A stretch of 64,000 nucleotides of DNA, taken from positions 2,331-66,330 of the IMG/VR virus record IMGVR_UViG_3300010338_002626; one strand, written 5' to 3'. The DNA is from a virus. Taxonomy: Duplodnaviria > Caudoviricetes. The position numbers and the translations under genes are program-made. The notes below the pieces were generated by a model that was given only the letters and a program-made list of their open reading frames with translations, did no database searches and was not told the DNA's origin. Shown here in pieces: positions 52,966-60,811 of this stretch; the stretch's first letter is position 1, and each line of letters starts with the position of its first letter.

Positions 52966-54713
52966 TTAGCCTCCGTTATAATTTCGTTATATAAATTATT
53001 AAATTCGTTTTCTGGTAATTCAGATAAAAATTCAGCTGTTTTAAAAATCCATTTTTCAACTTTAGCGGTGCCTAAAGCTCCTAATAAAGCACTTAAAATT
53101 GGATGTTTTCTAATAAAGTTTTCTGTTCTAGAGATTGGAATTCCTTTTTTTACCTTATTTTCTGCTTTACCAGATAAATAATAGGACACAGGTACTGCGA
53201 CTAATGAGTTACGTAATACCAAACGTAAACTTGCAGTTTTATTAAATTCATTTTTCTGTGCCCATAAACTTCCAGCAGTTCCCGCCCCTATTAATAATGG
53301 TAAAAGCCAAGGATACTTTACCAATAAACTATCATATTTCTCTGGTGCTAATTTATTAAATAATTTTAAATATCCCAAATACAATCCACCTAATGTACTT
53401 AATGGTATTACTGGATTTTTCTCTGGAGTTAATGGTGGATCTGGTGTATAATTAAATAAAAGTTTAGAAATAAAAGATCGTTCTTTCTGTTCAGGTTGAT
53501 GTAAATTAGATTCTACTGTAATATTTGGAAATTGTATCATTTGTGCAGTTTTAACCAATTCTCTAGCTACTATTAACTCTTTTGTCAGTGAATGCAACGG
53601 TATAGCATCTTTTATTTCAAACGCTAATTTTTCATTGAAATTATCTAAATTAATAAATTCGTCTAAATCAATTTCAGGTATAGAATCTTTATTTATATTT
53701 GTAAATACTATACCTTTATCTTCAAATTCTTCTGCTAATTTAGAAAATCCAGTTGAATTCAATACTATTTTTTGAAAATCTTTTGCTTGAGGAATTATTC
53801 TAAGTCCTAATAAAGTAGAAAGTGCTTCCTCTAAATTCGATGTAGAAAGAGTTTTGACTGTCTCGTAAGGTAATTCACGATAGCTACTTTCTGGCACTGA
53901 TGTTATTTTTGTCATACTAATGAGTTCCACCGGTGTATATTTTTTTATTGTTGCATTTTTATATTCTGCTTCTTTAATATAAACATTATTTTCATTATTT
54001 GCAAGACTTTTTATTTGATCTATTATTTTTTTATCTGATGCTTTCTTTTTATCTAAATTTAAAAATACTTTAATAATTCCCGCAGTTCTATCGGCCGGTA
54101 TAGTAACAAAACTAATATCAAAAAAATTAGGATGTGGATTAAATGCAAAAACTTTTTTACCATTAGGTAATATTTTACCCATCATCTTTTTTAGATGATC
54201 ACAATATTCATTTCTATTTTTTGATTTTTTACCACAAATGCTGCAAACATCATAGGGGTTCTTACTGCCCATGCTCACTGCGAGTAAATTACCATCTTTT
54301 AATTTCTTAACTATCTCTGATGCTTTTTCATCATCTAATTCTAATAATAATTCTACTCGCTTCATTTTATCATTATAAAATGCAAATAAAACGCGCCCTA
54401 ATGATTTAGACTGATCTTTATTTTTATGATGAACATAAACGCCGGCTTTTTCAAAAGTTTTATGTGTTCTTTTTAAAACCTCATCTTCAAATGCATCATT
54501 ATTTCTGTTTGGACCGAAATATTCATATGCAGTCATTGCATTACACAATGCATATGTTTTACCTTCTTTCGGCTCTAATTGTAAAATTTTTTCTTGAAGC
54601 TCTGGAGAATATGACTCAGCTGTTTTAATAATTCCTTCGGAACTATTAGTATCAATAATATTTAATATATCAGTATTCCCGTCTTCAAAATAATCTGATC
54701 TTTTTTCAATCAT
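52962..54713 (-). CDS. Prohead protease with Cys cluster and hydrophobic C-terminal extension
   Basis: VYVHHK, VSMGS, CSICG...CDHL, FFDISFVTIPAD resemble herpes / HK97-type assemblin motifs; position upstream of scaffold and MCP. Confidence 0.65.
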   Translation of the reverse strand: MIEKRSDYFEDGNTDILNIIDTNSSEGIIKTAESYSPELQEKILQLEPKEGKTYALCNAMTAYEYFGPNRNNDAFEDEVLKRTHKTFEKAGVYVHHKNKDQSKSLGRVLFAFYNDKMKRVELLLELDDEKASEIVKKLKDGNLLAVSMGSKNPYDVCSICGKKSKNRNEYCDHLKKMMGKILPNGKKVFAFNPHPNFFDISFVTIPADRTAGIIKVFLNLDKKKASDKKIIDQIKSLANNENNVYIKEAEYKNATIKKYTPVELISMTKITSVPESSYRELPYETVKTLSTSNLEEALSTLLGLRIIPQAKDFQKIVLNSTGFSKLAEEFEDKGIVFTNINKDSIPEIDLDEFINLDNFNEKLAFEIKDAIPLHSLTKELIVARELVKTAQMIQFPNITVESNLHQPEQKERSFISKLLFNYTPDPPLTPEKNPVIPLSTLGGLYLGYLKLFNKLAPEKYDSLLVKYPWLLPLLIGAGTAGSLWAQKNEFNKTASLRLVLRNSLVAVPVSYYLSGKAENKVKKGIPISRTENFIRKHPILSALLGALGTAKVEKWIFKTAEFLSELPENEFNNLYNEIITEAK

Positions 54714-54725
54714 ATATTATAAATT

Positions 54726-55235
54726 TTAATAATTTATAGAATTTTTTAATAATTCAGATAAAATAACACTTGTAGTAGTTAATTTAGCGGTATCTGATAC
54801 CTTGCTCCCTCTACCGCGTGTATCTTTCATTTTCTTATGTATATCTACTAATGTATTAAATGTATCTGGTGGTGGCCCACCAAATTCGCTTGATGAAGTT
54901 CGTGAAATAGCTTGGGTAAGATATGCACCTGCTGCCAATGGGTCTTCTGCCATATATGGGGCAAAATGATATAACGATTCCCAATATTTTGCTAAAAGTT
55001 CTGGATCCACTTTTTGTAATTGTGGATGCTCTTCTAACATTTTTTCAAATAACTTCTTTTTCTTCCTAGAATCTTGTACATTTTTTAACGATTTTATAAT
55101 TAAATCCGCAATAGTTGAAATTGTTAAAATACCTAACATCGCTGCGGCACCAAATAAAGCTTTATCACCAACTTGTTTCCAATGTGAATGTAATTCAGCT
55201 AATTTCATAAATGGTGGCTCAAATCTATTATTCAT
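54726..55235 (-). CDS. Head-module protein with N-terminal hydrophobic helix
   Basis: KLAE then ALFGAAAMLGILTISTIADLII; FAPYMAEDPLAAGAYL core. Confidence 0.55.
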   Translation of the reverse strand: MNNRFEPPFMKLAELHSHWKQVGDKALFGAAAMLGILTISTIADLIIKSLKNVQDSRKKKKLFEKMLEEHPQLQKVDPELLAKYWESLYHFAPYMAEDPLAAGAYLTQAISRTSSSEFGGPPPDTFNTLVDIHKKMKDTRGRGSKVSDTAKLTTTSVILSELLKNSINY

Positions 55236-55248
55236 TTTATACTCCGTT

Positions 55249-56232
55249 TTATCTTAAAAATGTAGGTTTATTTTTCATTGCTAAATATGTAGTATATTTA
55301 TTTAATAATGCATCTTTTGTCCCTACTAAATGACCGCTCTCTCCAGCACGTTTACCTAAAATAAATGCAGTTGGGACTCCAACAATTGTTGTTGCTAGCA
55401 ATGGGCGCTTCACTAATCCAAGAAATATTTTACCCAATCCAGCAGTTTTTACACAATCATCACTTTCAATTTTTTCTATCGTATCAAAATATTTATATTC
55501 AGCAAATTCTGCTAATTTAACAATTTCGTTTAATTGATTATCTATTTCACTAACAAGTTTATAATATTTTGAATCTGTATTAATAAATTTATTTTCTTCT
55601 GCTATTTTTTCAAAATCATATCCTGGTATTGAATATTGAAGTTCATTTAAAACTTGTATTATACCATCACCATAATTTTTTGATGCAGTTTTAATAATAT
55701 TCTTCAAATCAGCATAATCATATTCTTCGGATAATATTAACTGCTTGGTTAATGATTTTAATTTATCTAAATTATGCTCTATTTCGGCTTTCTTTTCAAT
55801 TAGCCTTTCTTCTAATACTTCAAGATCAAAACGCATTTTTTCAAATTTGCGTTCAGTCTCTTTTATACTTTTAATATTATCTGTATTTACATATTCTTCT
55901 AATGAAGCAGATTTTAATAAAGATATATCACCTTCAGGTTCTAAATCAGGATATTCCTCATTATAATCAGGGTAATATTCCGCTTCCTTTTTAACAGATT
56001 TAATTTGTTTTATATCGGCGAGGGGAAAATAAATATACTTATCTTCTGCTTCTTTAATTAAAGCTAAATAAGTCTCTGTATTTGCTGTCTCGGCAATTCT
56101 CGCTAATTGATCTTCATTTAGATTATATTTTTCAGCTAATTTTTTTAACCCCTCAGTCATATCAGCATTTTTTTCTAAAAAATCTGCTGATAATTGTCTT
56201 CCCAACTCTAATAATTTTTCACTATTAATCAT
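55249..56232 (-). CDS. Head core / scaffold-like protein with many K-x-A motifs and a hydrophobic C-terminus
   Basis: Nine K-x-A occurrences counted by eye; terminal LGKIFLGLVKRPLLATTIVGVPTAFILG. Confidence 0.55.
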   Translation of the reverse strand: MINSEKLLELGRQLSADFLEKNADMTEGLKKLAEKYNLNEDQLARIAETANTETYLALIKEAEDKYIYFPLADIKQIKSVKKEAEYYPDYNEEYPDLEPEGDISLLKSASLEEYVNTDNIKSIKETERKFEKMRFDLEVLEERLIEKKAEIEHNLDKLKSLTKQLILSEEYDYADLKNIIKTASKNYGDGIIQVLNELQYSIPGYDFEKIAEENKFINTDSKYYKLVSEIDNQLNEIVKLAEFAEYKYFDTIEKIESDDCVKTAGLGKIFLGLVKRPLLATTIVGVPTAFILGKRAGESGHLVGTKDALLNKYTTYLAMKNKPTFLR

Positions 56233-56271
56233 ATTTAAATTTATCCTATATTATATTAAAAGTCAAGTAAA

Positions 56272-58938
56272 TTATTTATTTGAAAAAGATGTCGATGATA
56301 AAAACAAAGATTTACCCGTATACATATCTAATGTAATAATCGCATAAAGTAATGCATGGAAAAAGTCATCAGGACCAACTGATGTATATTTTGTTTTACC
56401 TATAGTCTCATCATGTTCCATTTGAATATTTAAAATATCGTCTAAAAATGGTTCGGAATATTCCCATTTCGGAAATTCAATCTTACCCTTTTTTAATAAC
56501 GCAAAGAAATCAGTCATTATACTTGTACGTCCCAAAGTATATGCAGGCATTTTTGAATTCCATTTTATTTTTTCTTTTTGCTCTCTCATATGTTGAAATG
56601 CCACAACTCTTTCGTATCCTATCCTTGAACGGATTTCTGCATTCGGGGCTTCACCCATCCCATAATCTGCACCTAAAAATTTACAATCCCATTTCTTCAT
56701 CAATCTTGGTATTTCTCTATGTATAAATGCATAATCAGCTTCTTTCCCTATAAATTTTTTCATATATGGGACTATATATTTTTCCGGTGTCTTATAAACA
56801 ACAACACATACTGTATTAGAACTTTCAGAATTAACGGGTCCGTAATCTATACCCATTACTTTATCATAGGATTGACATAATTTATCCGGCTCTGTTAGTA
56901 TAATCTTATCTGGATTACAACATGCTTGTAATTCCATTGTTGTAATTGGAGAAACACCTTCATCATATTCCAATGCTAAAGATTCATTATAAAAAATAGA
57001 TTTAGATGGAACTGTTTCCATCTTTTGTATAACATCGGTTTTCCAATCTACCCACGGTGCGTGTGCAAAATGCAATAAACAGACTCGATAACCTTCTAAT
57101 ATGGGCTTTTGTGTTAGTGAATATGTCGAAACCCATTCACCATGTCTGGTATCTAATGCTTTACCACATTTAGAACATATTACTCCATAATTTCCAATAT
57201 TCGCTTCACCTAAAATTTCCCAAGATCCACAGTGCTCACAACGAATAGCATATTCATTCATCGTCGATTTATACCAAAGATCAGCTAATGTACCTCGTGT
57301 TCTTTTTGGAGTACCTGCATAATAAACTCTTTTTAAAAGAGATCTTGCCATAGTTTCTTTAGCAATAGAAATTGATGCTGGAACTAAATCTTGTGTTTCA
57401 TCGAAGAAATTTATATCTGCACTAATACCTCTAATACTATCGGCACTCGCTAATGCATATTTTAAATTTATCGTACTTCCATTTAAAAATTTCTTTGTAG
57501 ATTGATTATTAACAATTGTCGAATTTATATAAAATTGTTTAATTAATGGGCTCTCTTCTATTACAGGACTCAATCTTTCTGTAGAAAAAACTTTCATTTG
57601 ACTCATTAATGGGGCAACATATAGAGAACTTAAATGCGGATTCATTAAACTCCATGTCAATAATATATTTGCAATTGTAGTAGATTTAGCAGTATTATGT
57701 GTAACAATGGAATCTATTTGAAATGTATGGTGATTATCTACTTCAATTGCTATAGTACGAGCGCGACCAACAATTGAAATTTTTGATACCGAATCAAAAA
57801 TTACATCGCTATCAATTAATTTCTTTATTTCAGGAATATGTTCATATTTTTTTATTTCCTCTAATGAATAATCTGAAGCTTTAACATTTACAGTCGATTT
57901 TAATAAAATATTATTTATATATTCGCATTTATATAAATTGACTTTTTCTTCAAATTGACTGTTACTTTCACATTCTAATTGCTTATCTTTAGCATCAATA
58001 TCTAATATATTTAAAATTTTTAATACGTCTTTATATCTAAATATTGATACAGTATGGCTAGGTTTTTTATTACCTGGTAATATTTCAAATTTATTTTTTA
58101 CTAATAATGATTTATATTTCCCCTTAGTTGTAATTACTCCTAGTTTTAATAATAAATCTTGTAAGCCATAGGCAAATTCTTCATCATTTAAATAAATCAT
58201 TATAACAGGAGTTAATGTCCTCGATAATTTAAATTCACCTATTACCTGTATAATAGTTTTTAAATATTCTACTACACATTCTTCATTACTATTAAAAATA
58301 AAATCTGGATGTTGTTGAAAATTATCTGTTAATTGTTTTATTTTAGATATTGGTAAATTTGCATTATAAAATGATTTAAATAATTGATCATTTTGAAAAG
58401 TCCAATTTTTACCTTTATGTAAAGCTAAAAGAAACGCAATAGTACGAATTTCAGGTAAATTGTATGGGCAATCCTCACTTAATTGAAATGCACAATTATT
58501 ATTTTGTGATATACCTATTCTATCTTTATACTTTAAATTTTGAGCCTCTACAAATCCATTTATAGTCCATATTGGATGATTACCAGTTACATTAATAGCT
58601 CTCTTCGTATATGTTTGAATACGATAAATATCTTCTATGCCATTATCCCAAACATTTGTAACAGTTACAATTTCATTTTTTAATGTTTCTGGATTAAATC
58701 CAATTAGCTTCATTCCAGGTACAATATCTTTTGCTTTAACTTGTTTTCCATTAGCTAGCGATATTTCTTGATTCTCATATACACATTGACGAGAAAATTT
58801 CATAACAATTTCTTTTGCTTCTGAGTTATAAATATCTCTCATGTGTGGGTAGTCAGCTAATGAAAAAGGTTTTCCCTTTAGGTATAGAAATTTTTCAGCA
58901 AAATCACTACGGGATATATTAATAATTTTCTTTTCCAT
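56272..58938 (-). CDS. terL: Terminase large subunit (lambda GpA-like) interrupted by an intein
   Basis: After splicing the Walker A reads SRQTAKST; IRGISADINFFDETQD (Walker B), GTPK motif III, CEHCG / CSKCG zinc finger, GIDYG nuclease, GPDDFFHAL. Likely start MEKK at 58938 (track start 58944). Confidence 0.88.
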   Translation of the reverse strand: MEKKIINISRSDFAEKFLYLKGKPFSLADYPHMRDIYNSEAKEIVMKFSRQCVYENQEISLANGKQVKAKDIVPGMKLIGFNPETLKNEIVTVTNVWDNGIEDIYRIQTYTKRAINVTGNHPIWTINGFVEAQNLKYKDRIGISQNNNCAFQLSEDCPYNLPEIRTIAFLLALHKGKNWTFQNDQLFKSFYNANLPISKIKQLTDNFQQHPDFIFNSNEECVVEYLKTIIQVIGEFKLSRTLTPVIMIYLNDEEFAYGLQDLLLKLGVITTKGKYKSLLVKNKFEILPGNKKPSHTVSIFRYKDVLKILNILDIDAKDKQLECESNSQFEEKVNLYKCEYINNILLKSTVNVKASDYSLEEIKKYEHIPEIKKLIDSDVIFDSVSKISIVGRARTIAIEVDNHHTFQIDSIVTHNTAKSTTIANILLTWSLMNPHLSSLYVAPLMSQMKVFSTERLSPVIEESPLIKQFYINSTIVNNQSTKKFLNGSTINLKYALASADSIRGISADINFFDETQDLVPASISIAKETMARSLLKRVYYAGTPKRTRGTLADLWYKSTMNEYAIRCEHCGSWEILGEANIGNYGVICSKCGKALDTRHGEWVSTYSLTQKPILEGYRVCLLHFAHAPWVDWKTDVIQKMETVPSKSIFYNESLALEYDEGVSPITTMELQACCNPDKIILTEPDKLCQSYDKVMGIDYGPVNSESSNTVCVVVYKTPEKYIVPYMKKFIGKEADYAFIHREIPRLMKKWDCKFLGADYGMGEAPNAEIRSRIGYERVVAFQHMREQKEKIKWNSKMPAYTLGRTSIMTDFFALLKKGKIEFPKWEYSEPFLDDILNIQMEHDETIGKTKYTSVGPDDFFHALLYAIITLDMYTGKSLFLSSTSFSNK
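57694..58785 (-). mobile_element. Intein (364 aa) with degenerate LAGLIDADG homing endonuclease
   Basis: Begins CVYENQEISLANG (block A), VTGNHPIW (block B), ends IVTHN followed by Thr; block H-like FAYGLQDLLLKLGV. Removing it restores the Walker A motif. Confidence 0.92.
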
Positions 58939-59242
58939 AAACAATATTTTTCAATTTATCGAGTAGTTCTTTTCGATCACCATCTAAAATTTCTTTCAAT
59001 TCAGATTCATATTGCAATAAACTTTTTGCTAAAAAATTAAACATACCATCCATATATAAGGCACATTGATCATAATTTTTATTCATTGCAATATAATTCA
59101 ATAAACGTATAACATAAAATTTAATATCCTCGTATCTATCCGATGAATCTAATGGAATATTAAATTCTATTGTTTGAGCTGATGGTGTAGGTTCTGATGC
59201 CGATTTGTTAAATAAATTTGCAATATTTTTTAATATTTGCAT
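58919..59242 (-). CDS. Hypothetical protein (107 aa)
   Basis: Coupled to bS21 via TAATG and overlapping the terL start; has FNKSAS. Confidence 0.6.
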   Translation of the reverse strand: MQILKNIANLFNKSASEPTPSAQTIEFNIPLDSSDRYEDIKFYVIRLLNYIAMNKNYDQCALYMDGMFNFLAKSLLQYESELKEILDGDRKELLDKLKNIVYGKENY

Positions 59243-59406
59243 TACCTTCGATTCCTCTTTTTTCGGTTTTTTTGAGAAGGTTTTTCATAATATTGTTTAT
59301 TTTTGTAAGTTTCTAAAATTTTAAATTTTTCAACTACTTTTTTAAATTGTTTTAATGCCTTATTTAAATCATCTTTTACAATAACAACTGTTGTAAATTT
59401 TTCCAT
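59242..59406 (-). CDS. rpsU: 30S ribosomal protein bS21 (54 aa; absent from the ORF track)
   Basis: Hand translation MEKFTTVVIVKDDLNKALKQFKKVVEKFKILETYKNKQYYEKPSQKNRKKRNRR matches the bS21 pattern (xxALxxFKx...EK.....YEKPS-basic tail). Confidence 0.88.
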   Translation of the reverse strand: MEKFTTVVIVKDDLNKALKQFKKVVEKFKILETYKNKQYYEKPSQKNRKKRNRR

Positions 59407-59418
59407 AATAATTTTTGA

Positions 59419-60222
59419 TTAATTAAAAAAATAAAATCCATCAGCATCTACTTTCAATTCTTTAAAAAATTCAAAGTAATGTGCATATTTGGAATTTTCT
59501 AATAATTTATAAATTATATTATAAGTTGATTTTCTAGGTATACCGAAACCATAGTTATAAACTAATTTACGCTTTTTATCTATATCTTTACAAAATGATA
59601 TTAACGAATTTACATCATATCTCAATTCATCAATTTTATGTTCTAATAAATAATTTTTTGCCCAACTATCTGGTAATTCTTTAATATTATCCAATTGATC
59701 TAAATCCTCTTTCCATCTATCTACTAAATTATAAAAATACCTAACTAAATTTTCAGCGTATTTAATATCCATATAAAATTCATCTTCAGGTTGTTGTGTA
59801 TATTTATATTTATCTGGAGAAACAACCCACCGATCTTTTAATATATCATATACACCAAAGGCAGAATCCCCCCAAAATTGTTCTTTACCATTCCATGGTA
59901 CTAAGAAAAAATTAATTGGGTGCAATGTACCTTTTGCTATATTTCCATTTATTTGTTTTCTCTTTTTTATAATTAATGGATCAGAAATTAATTCTGGTGG
60001 ATCTACAGTAACATTAATATCAATGTCTGAATCTTCAGTCCATTGATAACCAGTTGTAGATCCAATTAAATATAATTCTTTAATATTTTTTAATGGTATT
60101 AGTGTTTGAACTCTTTCAATTATTTGACTTTTAATTTCTTTACGTAATTTACGGCTTTCATCCCATATATCGGGACACAATGTCTTTTGTATTTTATCTA
60201 ATATTCCTGATATTTTTTCCAT
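59419..60222 (-). CDS. Pol-beta superfamily nucleotidyltransferase
   Basis: LIGSTTGYQWTEDSDIDINV (GS...DxD), HPINFF, GVYDIL. Confidence 0.8.
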   Translation of the reverse strand: MEKISGILDKIQKTLCPDIWDESRKLRKEIKSQIIERVQTLIPLKNIKELYLIGSTTGYQWTEDSDIDINVTVDPPELISDPLIIKKRKQINGNIAKGTLHPINFFLVPWNGKEQFWGDSAFGVYDILKDRWVVSPDKYKYTQQPEDEFYMDIKYAENLVRYFYNLVDRWKEDLDQLDNIKELPDSWAKNYLLEHKIDELRYDVNSLISFCKDIDKKRKLVYNYGFGIPRKSTYNIIYKLLENSKYAHYFEFFKELKVDADGFYFFN

Positions 60223-60247
60223 AAATTTAAAACCTAATAGTTAAAGT

Positions 60248-60286
60248 ATTATAATATAATATATAAATAATATTTTTTAAAGTCAA
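60248..60286 (-). promoter_or_regulatory. Promoter TTGACT-N17-TATATT-N4-TATAAT for the NTase-bS21-terL unit
   Basis: Read directly from the sequence. Confidence 0.72.
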
Positions 60287-60299
60287 ATTTAATAATTTA

Positions 60300-60322
60300 T
60301 GGTATAAGAAATATGAGAGTGT
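60300..60322 (+). promoter_or_regulatory. Conserved 23-nt plus-strand motif TGGTATAAGAAATATGAGAGTGT
   Basis: Second copy of the 21629 motif; overlaps a hairpin AGAGTGTA-gatt-TATACTCT. Confidence 0.55.
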
Positions 60323-60373
60323 AGATTTATACTCTTAATTAATAATTTTAACTTATTAAATTTTGGAGGAACT

Positions 60374-60811
60374 ATGAAGTTCATATCTTTTAATGAAGAT
60401 GAATACAAAGTTGATTTAGAACAAATCAACTTTGTAGGACCACATTTAATGTGGGTTGACAACATAATTATAAATCATAATCAAACAATTTCTAAAAAAG
60501 TTCTTCTACCTTCAAAAACCTTTGAAGAACAAAAAAAGAAACTAGAAGAACTTAGAGGAAAAAATGTATTGATAACATTGAATTGGAAAGCTCTCGTTGA
60601 AATATGGGAATATGAAGATGAGGATTTTCCCTATCTAGATGAGGAAGATATACTTCTAGAAGGAAAAATTGAAAAAATAGACGAGGGCATATTACTACAT
60701 ATAAAAGAAAATGGAGAAAATATTGTTATACCTATTCATTATATTGATATAATAGAAATTGATGGCGGTAGTGGAGGGAAATTTGAAGTAACTAAAAAGA
60801 GCGAGTCATAA
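60374..60811 (+). CDS. Acidic protein with possible Sm / RimP-C-like barrel
   Basis: GGAGG SD; LEELRGKNVLITL...LEGKIEKIDEGILLHI...VIPIHYIDII; lone plus-strand gene in this block. Confidence 0.55.
   Translation: MKFISFNEDEYKVDLEQINFVGPHLMWVDNIIINHNQTISKKVLLPSKTFEEQKKKLEELRGKNVLITLNWKALVEIWEYEDEDFPYLDEEDILLEGKIEKIDEGILLHIKENGENIVIPIHYIDIIEIDGGSGGKFEVTKKSES

Noticed and set aside
54726-56232. Portal protein after the terminase
   Set aside because: The proteins are too short and lack portal-like features; the portal is probably outside the window.
56238-56266. Fifth copy of the double -10 promoter
   Set aside because: TTGACT is present, but the 17-nt-spaced box is TAAATT and the second box is missing before the ATG; only a partial match.
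153-56726. Short antisense or overlapping ORFs in the track (e.g. 153..356, 1293..1538, 13267..13482, 14867..15118, 17140..17394, 17927..18145, 19058..19291, 19155..19415, 20680..20889, 26363..26668, 27717..28085, 28996..29232, 31639..31884, 31928..32263, 36530..36853, 37264..37482, 38242..38424, 39448..39642, 41404..41637, 41896..42162, 41994..42230, 43324..43590, 43631..43834, 45312..45500, 50183..50422, 55745..55966, 56448..56726)
   Set aside because: They lie antisense to well-supported genes, have shadow-frame composition and carry no motifs.
59419-60222. cGAS/DncV-like cyclase (CBASS)
   Set aside because: No effector or cap genes adjacent and no CD-NTase-specific features recognised; kept as a generic NTase.
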